Source of the DNA: Octopus vulgaris
Lineage: Eukaryota
DNA length: 64,000 nucleotides
Assembly: GCA_951406725.2 (NCBI GenBank)
Contig: OX597824.1
Coordinates: 52,762,001-52,826,000 of the forward strand
Reading direction: 5' to 3'
Below are positions 41,416 through 56,625 of this stretch, one piece after another (position 1 is the first letter of the stretch; each line of letters starts with the position of its first letter). The notes under the pieces were generated by a model. That model worked only from the letters and a program-made list of their open reading frames with translations. It made no database searches and had not been told where the DNA came from. Both the position numbers and the translations under genes were made by a program.

Positions 41416-43569
41416 ACGTGCATGTTATGAGAGGGAGTGTATGTATGTATGTATGTATGTATGTATGTATGTATGTATGTATGTATGTATGTATGTATTT
41501 ATGTATGTATGTGTGTGTATGTGTACGTGTGTGTGTGTGTGCATGCATATAAGTATGTGAGTATATGCGCGCAATGCTTCCTAAATAGTTTAAGCTTTCT
41601 TTGTGTTTACAACTATTCAAAGAGCACCACTCTAACAAACACAAAGCCAGCTCGGCATTGACTGGCTAGCATTGCAACAACTAACTGGATGAATAGACAA
41701 ATAAATCATGGAATAGAGGTGGAAAAGAAACGCAGTAAAAACATCGATCAATGTTTCTTATTGCAAGGATAGTTACAATGAAGAACATCATAGATTAATA
41801 CATTGCAATGGAAATACATATGCAAATACCATCGCAAATAATGTTCCATCCCCCCCGCCCCCTTGTTTTCATCTATACACATGTCTACTTAGCTAAAGAA
41901 ATACAGCTTCGGAATTTACCAATCCTCCATCAACCAAAAAATAAAGAATGTATACAACGTTCAAAATATAATCTAACAGGTATTCTTAAACCTCTTCTAC
42001 ACTAAAGTACAAGAAAAAGTTAAGTTCCATATAGTTATAAACAATTGTGGGTGTGTTCGCAATTGATCCCCCCCCCCCATTTTCTTTTATTTTTAAATTT
42101 GAATTCAGTAGCCCATATACGTGGATAAGTATGTTTTCTCAAGAATAAAAGATAAAATCTAGAAAGACTAAGCTTTTAAAAGATTAATAGGCAGCTTAGT
42201 GCTATAGTAAAATACAAAACTTTCTTAATTCCTGAAGATTAAATTCACTGCTGAATACATTTCTCGTAGAAAGGTTGACCAAATTGATAAAAAATTAGAC
42301 TACTAACCAAAATATTGACGTTTCGTATTCACTGACCAATACTGTGTCTATGGTCATCTTTGAACTAACTCAGTTCCGTTTTGCTATTAATAGGTATCAT
42401 AGATGTACATAGTTGAGCTACCAAGTAAGTAGAATAATCAATGTATACATAATGTATATTTCGCTCACAAATCTAAGGGCCAGCCAGGTTAAGTTGCTCA
42501 GACACATTACACGAAGACTAATGTTTAATTTCGTACTCTTTTGAATTACTTAGTTCTCGTGAATAAATTCACGACCGTGAATATATTCTCTAGTGAATAT
42601 ATTCACGACCGTGTAACTAGTATTATTTTTTGTTTTGTTCAAACACAAATCTTATTTTAAAGTCGAAGTGAGGCGGAAAGAGTAATATTCCCACAAACGG
42701 AATGTGGAAGAATTAGTGACGATGTATCTGAGCAGTTGTTCCACTTCTTTCAAATTTTCTCTAAAGAATTTGCCACCGTCTTTACAATTAGAACCAGGTT
42801 TTGTGAAACATATCCCACAATAAAGACTCGATAGTGTCAGTGTAACAACCGTCAAACAATGGTGGTGTCTGATTGGCTACTTCCTTGTAATGGACAACTG
42901 GAATAGAGAAGCCATAATCCTATATCTGAAAGCGAAAACCAGAAGGAAGAAAAGAAGAACATACATCTTGCAGATGCTGCAAAGCTAATTTCCATAAGTT
43001 GCAATAGGGTTAGGGTTATAGTCTCTATTTTGAAAAAAATTCCAAGCTATTGTTGATGTGATATCTTGCTACAAACATGATATCTATCTCATATAATTTT
43101 ATCAACGCAGGTATCAATTATCATGTTAACCTCTTTTCTGTTGCATAGCTATATTATTGGAGCAATAGCACAAGGTCAAAGATTTGTTGGAGATGGCTAA
43201 ACTCGGTAGTAACAACCCGATACATGCCTGTTAATATTACTTACATTACTAAAGAACAACAGTTCCATATCAAAATATGTTTGATACATATTTATTCTTT
43301 ATTTGAGGGAGAGACGCATTTATGGAGAAGATAAGAATACGTGACATACATTTATTTAGCATAAGTAGTGTAAATAATTGGTTTCAAAATCGATTCGAAA
43401 TTATATCGCATTTCTGTTTGTTGAAGATTTATCAGTTGTTCCATGGATCTCTTACTGCTTTTTATCCACAATGAGGAATGAAAAAATTCGATTCTGGCGG
43501 ATTTGAGCTCACAACGTAAAAAAGATTATACAAAAATTTGTAAGGAGCGACTTTAGTATCATTTTTCTA

Positions 43570-44135
43570 CGTTCTAACACCAAAAGCACCACCTTAGTGT
43601 CATCATTTCTACCTCTTCATCACTCTTCTTTCGTTCTAATCCCAGTTCAGATCACATAAGTATTGAATTTGACTTTCATCTTTTCGAAGCCATTAAAATA
43701 GAGTACTAGTCAAGTACTGAAGTTGTACTTAAGTTCTATTCCAAAAATTTATTGGCTTGTATCAACATGAAAAACCATTATAAATAACATTTGATGTTAA
43801 TTGTTTTTAGATACCAATCACTAATCCATTTCATATTTGCAGAGCCAGATCACTGATTTAGATTCCTCACTGTCACAACATACGTTACCTGCCTTATAAA
43901 CTGAAGCCTTGTTTCGGTGGAAGAAATATAGGCGAGTACAATCCCTAGAGTACTGGCTTTGCAGAATTTAGTTACAAGCACTGCTTTCTTTGTTCAAATC
44001 TGACTGGGATCAACGTTTCATATTACTCTGCCAAAGTTGTTCAACTAAATACCAGTCAAGTACTGAGATCGATCAGATAGACAACTCTTCTACCCCAAAA
44101 CTGTGACCTTGTGCTTTAGTTGGAAATCATTATTA
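43570..44135 (+). mobile_element. Two old SINE family C relics
   Basis: gactttcatcttttcgaagccattaaaatagagtactagt and ataccagtcaagtactgagatcgat...gaaatc(att)n. Confidence 0.5.
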
Positions 44136-44512
44136 TTACTTTTATCTCTAGTAGACACCATTGTTTTTTTTTAAATATTATACAATTACTCTTTCAAAAT
44201 ATAAATACAAATAAAATGAAACGATAAATAAATCTAAAAATTTTTTTAAATGTAGAAAAATATTTTAAAAGATAGATCTGATCATTAAAATATGCATTTG
44301 TTGTCCGTCTGTCTGCCTGAATACACGTACACGAATACACACTGACATGCACACACGCATACACACACACAAAGTAGTGGGACATAGATTACGCACGCAC
44401 ACATAAGTAACATATGTATATACAAATAGGCATAGCAATATATAAATATGTGTACACATACACAAACAGGTATTTATATATATATATACACACACACAGA
44501 CACACACACATA

Positions 44513-44568
<56 letters not shown>

Positions 44569-44823
44569 AACATGTATACGCATACATACTTGTACACATA
44601 TATAGATACATACGTAGTTTATTGATTGTTCTTTAGTTTCTTCTTTTGAGAAATAATGGGATATCTGATTGTTTTTAGTCTTAAAATAACTGTTCTGTTT
44701 CATAGAGCAGATCAAATGGCACAACGCCGCCATGTTAAAGAATGGTGCTAATGCACAAGTGATGCTTAGAACGGAATCTGATAACACCATAATAATTCAC
44801 GGTGAAATTCAAGGCTTCGCACT

Positions 44824-44865
<42 letters not shown>

Positions 44866-46321
44866 TGATACATACATACATATATATGTTATTCTTTTTA
44901 CCGTACTTTTCTTTCTCTTTCTTTCTCTTCCTCCTTTCTAAACACGAAAGGCATCAAGTTTCCATTGTCAAGTTTCCACTGAACATCTATTTTTCTTTTA
45001 CCCTCTTCTTTTCTACTAGTCATTCCACCTTTCTCTAACTTTTTATCTATACATACATATATGTATTGCATGTATGTATGTATGTATGTATGTATGTATG
45101 TATGTATTATGTATGTATGTATGTATGTATGTATGTATGTATGTATTTATGTATGTATGTATATATGTATGCATTCATCAATCTATCCTTCCATCTCTCT
45201 CCCGTACATTTTCTCTCCCTCTGTATACCTACTTTCCTATCTATATGCATGTGTCTTGCTATGCATGGATCTATGTATATCTGTCTTACTCTTGTGTGTC
45301 TATCTATCTATCTATCTTTATATCTATCTATTTATTTTGCCAGTTAGCTTGCTATCCGTTGCAGTGTCACACTTCTCGTTCCAAACATGGAAGATAGTAA
45401 CTTGTGGATTTTATGGTCATTCTCTGCCTGACATTTCTTTAGCCAATTCTGTTTCTCTTTCCATGCATATATCTATGCGTATGTACATTTATGCATGAAT
45501 GGGAGTTTGAAGCACTATATATGTATCTATCTACCTGCCTAACTGGCTTCAACTCTTCCATGTTACTTGTTTGTCACTTTCGTATCTTTATGACTCCTTT
45601 CCTTTCACCCCTCTCTCTATGTATATCTATCTCTTTCTTGCTCTCTCTCCCTCTCTCTGAAACCTCTTCTGTTAGACTGTTCTCTTCCTTCACTCTTAAT
45701 ATCTTATATTTCAATGTGCAATTTCTCACTCTTCTAAAAGCTATCATGGCCAACCTACTTCTCAATGAGTATTTCACCATCTCATCTTCGCAGTTTTCTA
45801 TATTGCATGCACATAAAATTTTCCCTTATTAACATACTGATTTAGGCATTAAAAAGTGAATGGATATTCCGTCGACTTAAACGATGAGTATCTTAGTTTG
45901 TCGATTAGCTGAGCTTTTCATTATATAATAGTGTATATGACTGGGTCATTAAGAAACCCGTTACGTAATCTTCAAACCGGCTCTTTTCCTGTTTCTCAAA
46001 CGATTTGCCTCAGGAAACGATAATACTAATGTTGAGTAGGCTAGTGTTCTGTGTGAGTGTGTGTTTGCGCGTGCGCGCGCGTGTATGTGAGTATTTGTAT
46101 TTGTGTATGTGTATCCGTGTGTATGAGTATGTGCATATGTGTATGAGCATTTGTGTGCACGTGCAGAGGAGAGGCACAGATAGCCAAATATATAAACAGC
46201 TTGGCAGGCTTGGAAAACAGACAGAAAGATGGACGGATAGACAAACAAGTTAGACAAATTGGCAGATATAACAAACAGATAAAAAGATAGACATACAGGC
46301 AGACAGATAGACAGACAAACA

Positions 46322-46357
<36 letters not shown>

Positions 46358-47014
46358 AATTCATTGATTGATTGATAGAATCTAATCTGCTACAAAGTCG
46401 CAGATTCTGAGAAGTAGTCTAAGATGGATATAATTACCTTTCTTTGGCAGCAACAAAGGAAGTAATTTGGAAGGTGCTACTTCTGATTAAATTAATCATA
46501 TATAGCAGACAGTGTTGAAGTAGAGGCCGAGAGTAAATTCATCGCCGAAATTATAGGCAAACAATGAAAAACAGTTAACTTGTGCTAACAAAAGCCTTGA
46601 GATGTATCAAAGTAGAAAAAAAATGAAAGTTTCATATCTATCGAAAATCGAATATCAAATTTAGGCCTGAACAAAAATCCCATGATCCATGCTAATATAA
46701 ACTGAATTTCTATCTTTAAGTAAATATCAACTGGGAGGGAAAGCTAATTACAGTTATAAAACAGTTATAAAATGTCTCAGTCATTTACAACGTTAGTCAA
46801 CAAAGACGATACGTGATATCTAGCGAAATGCTTAATACACATGAAGTCTTTCGAAGAAAGTCAACCTGGATGTTGTGAAGTGTATAGCTTTGTTAAGATT
46901 ATAAATAGTGTAATAGAAAGAAAACAGTCTCAACGTCATTGTTAGTGATCGAGGTCTTTAATCCCCTGATCAAAAAGACATATTGTCCAATGTATCTTGC
47001 CAGTTTTAAGCATG

Positions 47015-47549
47015 TATCAGGTCATCCCATACGTTCTGTCCGATTTTACTTTATTTGAAACTGAATGACATTTAATAGCATTCTAGAATCTCTAATGGAA
47101 TTAAAAATTATTTTTATGCATTTGTGTACATTTAAACTAAGGAAATATTATTTTACAGAATATTAGAATTAAAATTTCTTTGATTAAAACCCTTTCTAAC
47201 ATGGAAGTATTCAAAGAGCATTTGAGGCACATAATGCTTTATGAGTACAAAAAAGGAAATTCTGCAGCCTTGCTCCTTCAGACTACCATTTGTTTCGTAG
47301 TTTATAAAATCATTTGGGGGACATAACTTTCGCAAGCCAGGAGGTGGTTGAAACTGACATTTCAGAGTTCTACGCTTTGAAACCAAAAGATATTTACATT
47401 GATGGGACTAAAAAGCTTGTAAATAGGTGGAAAGAAGTCATAGATAATCAGGAAAAATACATTGATGAATAAATTTCAATGAAATATAACATTTGATCAT
47501 TTGTTTTCTTTATTCAAAATTCGGACAGAACTTATGGGTTGACCTGATA
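47015..47549 (+). mobile_element. Internally deleted mariner element with both TIRs and TA termini
   Basis: TIR tatcaggtcatcccatacgttctgtccga and its inverse at 47520-47549; transposase C-terminus EFYALKPKDIYIDGTKKLVNRWKEVIDNQEKY. Confidence 0.85.
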
Positions 47550-48110
47550 ATATGGTGGCAATTTGTCTCTATTTTTAACAAATCAAGCGACTACACGTAT
47601 GCTTCCTGGTTGGCACCATTTTTCTATGTGAGAAGCTAAAAGAGATCAGAGTACTTATGAATTATAGATGATTTACAGAGACGCAAGAAGATGGGTTCAG
47701 AATGGGAGAAAAATCAAAGTTCCCCAGCAGCACCGAGGTAGAAGAAAGAGTATCCCCCAGAAAAAATAATAATTTTTTATCCCTTTTCAGTTAAATTTCG
47801 ATCACTGTTTGAAACTGATTCTTAAATTAGGAATTTTTATTCACTCGGTAGAATGCTAAGTTTGTGCATAATCGATATATTTAATTCTTTTACTAAAAAC
47901 TATTTAATACCCCTTCCAGTATTACACGCGCGCGCACACACACACACACACATTTATATATTTAGCGACTAGTGAATTCCTTACACGTAAGTAGGAATAT
48001 ACAAAAATTCGATTTCAGACATTTTTAACCCCAAAGCCAATTCTCACAGACACAGATGGACAGACAGACAGACAGGCAGACAGATAGGCAGGCAGATAAA
48101 CAGACAAATA

Positions 48111-48206
<96 letters not shown>

Positions 48207-48727
48207 TGTATGTAGGCACAAACGCTGAAGTGTGTCGAACGAATGAGGTGTTTTCAATACATCTAGTGTTCCTTATTTATAGAAACTAAACATTTAGCTC
48301 ATGACTAGATATTCTCGGCACCTGATCTTCAGGCTACAACTCACTTAGATGATATATTGTTCATTGGCTACTATTTCGTGTCCCTTAATTTGGCATTCTT
48401 TGTGGCCTGGTGTTTATTCCTTTGTATTTGTTAATGAAGTGCATCTTTTTAATTTGTTTTATTTAATTTATCTTTAAAATACCGTAACTTTGACTAAAAC
48501 AAAATTCTCACCAACAAACGTATTCTACCGTGACAATATTTGCAATCACAATACTTTACACACCAAAAACAAACATGATGAAAAGCATACAAACAAATAG
48601 AGTTAATATAAGAAGCTGTAACTAAATAAAAATGAAGCAAAAACTCAAATTAAAACCACGCCTCTTTCATGAGCAAATAATAGAAAATAGCAAACCACTA
48701 AAAATAACCAGTTTCAATATATATATA

Positions 48728-49733
<1,006 letters not shown>

Positions 49734-50034
49734 AGGCGTCTGTGGAGAGTCATTTCTTTTTAGTACCTTACTATTTAACACACTCACCGGTTCAGTTTCC
49801 ACTCATTTACTTATTTACTTTTTCTAAAATTTTCTTTGCGTCTTCCAACCTTTTCAATAGTCGTTGATTCTGTCCGCTATCCGAGCTGCGTTCTTTATGT
49901 TTCATTTAGCACATGTGTGTGCGTTAGTTTGCGTGCGCATAACATATGTATGTATGCTTGTATGTGTGTGTGCATGTATATGTATATGTACGTTTGTGTG
50001 CATGTATTTATGTATATATATATATGTATTTATG

Positions 50035-50129
<95 letters not shown>

Positions 50130-50240
50130 CAGTGTACATTTAAACACACGAGGAATCCACTCGTGGGATTCAACACACTAGAAAGAACAGCTTGGTTCCA
50201 TAACCACAAAATTAAGGATAAAATTCGACAGGAACGAATA

Positions 50241-50298
<58 letters not shown>

Positions 50299-51047
50299 TA
50301 TACTGTGTACGCAATTGAAACAGCATTGCATAAACATAGTTTTGGATCATACTTATCGGACATACACGGTTGACAGGCAAGACACTGCAGTTTTCGTTCG
50401 AGATAATATCTCTTATAGATGTGCTATGTTAAAACCGCACGTATGATTCGAGGATGGTTATTTTGATTCAATGCTGCTTTAATTGCATACACCTATTTTT
50501 CATTTTGCCGGACGGGGGGAATATTGGCAAAAGCAGTGAGCGTATCATTCAACTGTTGCCCATATATCAGACGTGACAAATTTTGTCAAGGCATGTGACT
50601 TCGTCATTGACAGGATTCAAGAAGGCTGTAATGTACCTGGCGTTCTCACTAGTCACTGCCGCGGCGATTATTCCTCTCCGTCCGATATATATTCAATTCT
50701 AACCAAGCATGTCTATAAGAGAATTTGTCGTAGATGAAAACTCATAACGGTGTATAAACGTTAAGTATGATGCATAAATATCTATATATATAGTTTCGAT
50801 GAACAGGAGATGGCAAATATTACCCATTTGCCATCAAAAGAGACAACTCTTCCCGGACTAATACCCGTAGACATCCGATTCGTTATTTTTGTCTATAGTG
50901 TAATTATCGATGACTATCGTGGATAAATACTTTCTCTTACATATTAGCAGCAAAAGCTCATATTAGCCATAGGTGGTGTAAGAACAGCAGCACACATATA
51001 CATATATATCTGTATTTATACATAGGTGTTTGTATACACATACGCAG

Positions 51048-51085
<38 letters not shown>

Positions 51086-51199
51086 ATACACACACGCACT
51101 CACGAACGCACACGCACACACGCACACGCGCGCGCGCACACGCACGCACATGCACACACATAAACACACACACGTATAGTGTGTGAATGAACAGACGAA

Positions 51200-52400
51200 G
51201 GAAAGTAGCTCTCATCATGTTTGGAGTTAATGTACTAAATAACAGTTTGACTCAGTTGCACATGTTTTAAAGTTTCGTTGGCACGCAGGATACATCCATC
51301 TCATCAAATGCTTGGAGACGAGGTAGAAATTTTGACAGAAATTCAAAATGGCTTTTAGATGTTTAGGTCTGTATTGGTTAGTTCAAATCCCGGGACATTA
51401 ATGCTATCAAAGCAGCACCAGCTATTTTCATAAGTTTAGGTCCATGTGTTCCGACAAAATGTTAGCAAGATACTGGCGTCACTTAAACGGCAGGCTGCAA
51501 TATAGTATATTGAGAGTCAAAACTTCCTTGTAGTGGGTACCCTGTAGAGTATTGTATGATGTTGGCACCAGTAGATCAGTCATCACTCAGTGGAATATAA
51601 ACACGTGTGGTAATAGTATTTACGTGTGAGTTACAAAATTTGATCGTGCTAAGTTACAATTGAGATTACATGACCTAAATGGATGGGTTGTTGTCTATAC
51701 AGGCGACGGAGAATATAAACCCTGCCTTTGTGCCGGTTCAGCTAGAACTAATGTAGTACATTCGGTTTGTCAGCAGCCAGATGAGTGAGTTTCTTCTTTG
51801 AAAAGTTGTGTTTGTGATGTCAAGAATAAGATACTTCATTCTTCCTATTCATCGATACTGGGAGTTACTGGAGTATGTGCTGTCTCTCATGGAAACGGGG
51901 CTTGCAAGCTCCTAGTGATTAAGAAGGTACCCCTGTCAGCAATACTCTTTTAGGTGTCTAGGAAGTAATTTCGATGGTGACGGAATCTCCACATGAAGCA
52001 AGGCTAGACGGTGAAGTTTTTCCTATTACTGTACCTGAAAGAGTACGTGTGCTTTGTATAACTTCCTTCGAGATTAATGGATGTCATACCCGTTTAGTGT
52101 CTTGTTATGCTATTGATAGTGTGAGTGGGATTCTATAGACTATAGATTCTGTTAGACAGGATCCTTTCAATGAGGTGTTTGGTAAGTTTTCAGTTGTTAT
52201 AGGTTGGAGGGTGGGTTAGAGGCTATGCTTACATTCACTGTAGCGTACGATATTTGAAACGATGCTGTCAGAGCAAGTGTAACTGACTGTGATACTGAGG
52301 GCTTGAAGAGCTTGTAACATTTATGGGTTCAATGGAAATATACTTTGATTAACGTCGGAAACCTCCTTGCTATGTTTGTGAAAACGTCTAAGCGGAATAA
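51200..52400 (-). mobile_element. Possible very old LINE relic
   Basis: Only faint RT C-terminal-like pattern; no clean motif. Confidence 0.2.
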
Positions 52401-52869
52401 AGAATTATACCAGCTTACTTTTCTCTTTCTAACCCTCTTCTGGTCGGAGAGGGGTCCTTGTAAGGACGAACGCGCAGAAAATAGAAACTCGGTATGGAGA
52501 ATGAGTTAATCGAGTCCAAATGAAAATGCATGTATACGATTATATATATAACAAACAAGTAGCATGCCTGTGTTTGTAGATGTGTGGGTGTGTTTGTGCT
52601 ATGGCTTGGGGGGGGGGATATTCGGGTTGTGACATCAGTACAAACACTTCTGCAGAACTGCATCGTTAACAATATTTTTATATACACAAAGTTGCGTGAT
52701 TTAAACATTGGACGCATTTTATCTAACGTTGCTCAAGATTAACTTGATTCATTACTGTTATTTTCCTATCTGCAGTTTCATCCCCACAATGATATGTGTT
52801 CTCGTAATAATTCACTATAATATTTTTATCCAATAATCCCATTATATTTCAAATATTTCCACCAATTAT

Positions 52870-53661
52870 TGCAAGATTCAGAAGTTTTGAGGCATTTTTA
52901 AAGAGAGACAGTTTTAACTGCTCTTGATTATTGTAATTCGTTACATCTCATAAGCTGATCTGCCACCTTTTGTCACTCCAGATGAAAGGAGTCGGCTGAA
53001 GCAGCACTTTGAAAACATCTTGCTTGTCACAGGTGACTAGTTTGCACGTGAAGAGAATTTGGAAGCTCGCTATGCAATAAAGTTTTGTGTTAAATTGAAA
53101 CATATAAAATGTTCCGACTGTTTTTAGATTAACTTGTATGAGCTGGGCATCTGTTTTTCGCTAACAGAAGAGGCCGGGCAAAGCAAGTCGACCGGGAAAC
53201 TAGTGATGATCCTCTATCTTGATAGCAAGCGCATCATCTACAACCACTAGGTTCGCTCTGGCTGATGCTCAACAAAGAGTAATTTGTGGAGGTTTTGATA
53301 GAATTCAGGAAGAGATTTTGTTACAAATGCAGCAGTCCACAATTCCATGTGAATAACCAATTCCTTGACAGAGATGGGCATTAAAATTATCCCTCCCTCT
53401 TCCTACAGTCCGGACTTTGCTCCCTGTGACTTTTGCTAGGTCCCAAAGCTTAAGGAGAAGATAAAAGAAGCTTTAATGAGTGTCCTGGGCACCTTCACTT
53501 TAGAGAATACCCATGGGGCCTTCACGAAGTGTCTGCAGTCCTACAAGTACATTCAAGTCGAACGATCCTATTTTTAAGGAGGTTAGTGTTCTGTACTTCT
53601 TTGAAACTAATAAACGTCTTCCCAGGGAATATGTCTCTAAACTTCTGGAATGCACTTTGTA
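52870..53661 (+). mobile_element. Decayed mariner transposon
   Basis: ENLEARYAIKFCVKL, MILYLDSK.IIY, NAAVHNS, YSPDFAPCDF; degenerate TIRs at about 52875 and 53630-53661. Confidence 0.85.
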
Positions 53662-53731
53662 CTGTTCCTCTTTCCATGAAGCAACATAATTTTCTTTGTG
53701 AAATAAATTTTGCAATAATATTTTCAGAAAT

Positions 53732-53789
<58 letters not shown>

Positions 53790-53909
53790 ACACATACTCA
53801 CACACACACACACACACACAAGCACACACGCACATACGTACACAAGCAAGCACACACACGCATACACACACATACACACACGCACAAATATATATATATA
53901 TATTTATAC

Positions 53910-53970
<61 letters not shown>

Positions 53971-53974
<4 letters not shown>

Positions 53975-55695
53975 CTGGGAATGTGTGTCTGTCTGTCTGT
54001 GTGTTTCCCTAAAACCTGAGAACTACACTACCAATTTCATTCAAATTTTACACATGCCTTACTTAGTGTCCGGGGAGTGTCATCGGCAAAAAAAGCTTTT
54101 AACTTTTTGCCTAGGGCGAGCCCACAGCAATATCATATCTTCTCCACTATGATTCCCTAAAACTTGAGAACTACACAACCAATTCCATTCAAATTTTACA
54201 CATGCCTTACTTAGGGTCCATGTAGTTTCATGGGCAAAAATATGTTCAACTTCTTGCCTAGGGCGAGCCCATAGCAATATCATATCTTCTCCACTATTTC
54301 AGTATTACGTGTTAAAAGTGAAACAAAAACATTTCTCTATTTTATGTCAGATACTTTCATGTTAACTATAAAAATTAGAGATAATAATAACAATTGAATT
54401 ATATGTAGCAAGTAATAATTAAAATCGAACTAAAGTATAATATAATCGTAACATAACAAAAATTAAAATAGCAATTGGTATAAAATTGCATCAATAACTT
54501 GAACTTGAATAAGTGGTTTCACATGAATGGGAATAATTTAAAAATAAAATTAGTGTGCAGAAATGGAATAGTCCAGATGGAGCTGTGCACATACCGTTTA
54601 CCACGGCTTTTACATTAGATTATCTGCTAATTAGCTAGCATTAAATACCTATATGAAGTTTGGCTGTATGTAATGTCTGTTTTCTCGAACAGCTGCTTCT
54701 ACTGAGTACTGCTGTTGGTTTATTTCTTATACATAAAGGACTATAGCTTCAACTGCGTACTGCTTTTTGATTCACCGTAAGGTTTGTTATTATTATTACT
54801 GTTTAACTATTGTTATCACGTTTCTTGGTTTCTCGCAAGGGAAACGTTGTTGTGTTGCATTTGTTAAATAATTGTAAACCGTAACCCTCCCCCTTTGGGA
54901 GAAGGAGGTTTGGTTATTGTTTAAAAATTGAATTGTGTCCCTGTTTGGGGAAATTGACAATATTTTCACCGTTTATACACAAACATTTTTGTTAAAATTC
55001 CTTCGATAGAAGAAAGTCCAAAAATAAATTTCGCTGCAGCCGTCGGCAGGCGCGAACTCATTAAAATTAAAATAGAAGAAATACAAACCTATTTCGGATT
55101 GATCACCGACAAAGACGGTGAATCTAGGTTAACACCACCGAACGAAATAAAAAATTAAATTAAAAAAAAGACTATTGTCTATAAAGTATACAATGTAGAG
55201 AAAAAAAGATTTGAACACCTGGAGGAAAGCACCATCGAAAAGTGTCTTGGTGCGACTATGAAAGATATGTATCTAACCAGAGGCGGTAAATTCGCCACAA
55301 TAGAAGCAAGGTTCGAGTCAACGGAGCGTGCAAGAGAGTACTCGACTCGAACCTTGCAAGTGGAAATATTTTACTTTATATCTGGGATGTAGGACGTCCC
55401 GGATAAAAATTTAAAATGTCCACCCAGAAGTAGAGGTAGGCTGGATTGTAGCCACACTTCTATACAAGAGGGAGGACAAGATACAATTGATCGAAAATGC
55501 AAGAGACGGGCCTACAATTCCAGTCTGTTATATATTTTGAGTATTGTTATCAAAGCGATATCAAGAAATAAATTTGTATTTTGTATTTTATGTGTAGATG
55601 TATATATATAGATGTACATGTAATATGTACACATATATATACACATATATACATTCACTAGCACTATGACCCGGCAACACCGGGTCATAATGCTA

Positions 55696-55696
<1 letters not shown>
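53971..55696 (+). mobile_element. Non-autonomous Helitron with a 2x ~148-bp internal tandem repeat
   Basis: 3' hairpin tatgacccgg-caaca-ccgggtcata followed by CTAG|T; repeats at 54005-54150 and 54153-54297; TA-embedded. Linking the 5' and 3' ends is inferred. Confidence 0.7.
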
Positions 55697-55734
<38 letters not shown>

Positions 55735-55735
<1 letters not shown>

Positions 55736-55968
55736 TAGTGAGACCCGTGGAAATTCCACAGAACGAAAAGGATTAAGAGAAGTTACTTAAGAAAGAAAGG
55801 ATGATGTGCATTTTTAATTTTATTTTGCTAAGTATTTCACTTTCAGCCACAATAATGTATTATATTTTTAAATCTTCCTCTCCTAAGCACTTTATATTTC
55901 TCTCTTTCTCTCTACCGCTTCAACAAACTTTTTAACAATGTAATTCCCGTCTTCATATCTTTAACATT

Positions 55969-56043
<75 letters not shown>

Positions 56044-56311
56044 ATATATATATATATCTTAATGCAACTTCTCCTGCCCATCATTCTTTATCTGCCTTTC
56101 TTGAGCCTCACCGCCAGAACATTACCCTCTGCTAAATTTTGTAACCTAAATATATCTCTTTCCCTTTCCCTTTACCTCCCCACCCTACAGCACGTCGCTA
56201 ACACTTCTCTCTTCCTCTGCTTCTTCCTCATTTCTTTCATCTCTACTCACATTCCTCACCTCCATCTCTCTCACTCGCTCTCTCACTCACTCACATATAT
56301 ACACTTTTACT

Positions 56312-56320
<9 letters not shown>
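55735..56320 (-). mobile_element. Second Helitron 3' end
   Basis: Minus-strand ctgtggaa-t-ttccacgg hairpin, then gtctcaCTAG|T; 5' extent uncertain. Confidence 0.65.
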
Positions 56321-56384
<64 letters not shown>

Positions 56385-56430
56385 CATACATATATATATA
56401 TACATATATATACATACATATATATACATA

Positions 56431-56575
56431 CGACGGTGGAGTGACGATTTCAAGAGGACGATTGGGATCATGTGGATGAGAAAGGCGCGATCCAGAGAGG
56501 AGTGGACAGCGTGCTGTGACCAGCGGTGTCAAATGGACGCCTGACGGACTGGTCGGTCAAAGTGATCAAAGTGAT
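56431..56575 (+). mobile_element. Extreme 3' end of an RTE-clade LINE in (TA)n
   Basis: [25 protein letters not shown]...*, with tail ctggtcggtcaaagtgatcaaagtgat. Confidence 0.75.
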
Positions 56576-56625
56576 ATATACATACATATATATATATATA
56601 TATACAAACACACATATATATACAT

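Noticed and set aside
54005-54297. CRISPR-like or other repeat-spacer array
   Set aside because: A simple two-unit tandem inside a Helitron in eukaryotic DNA; no repeat-spacer array was seen anywhere in the window
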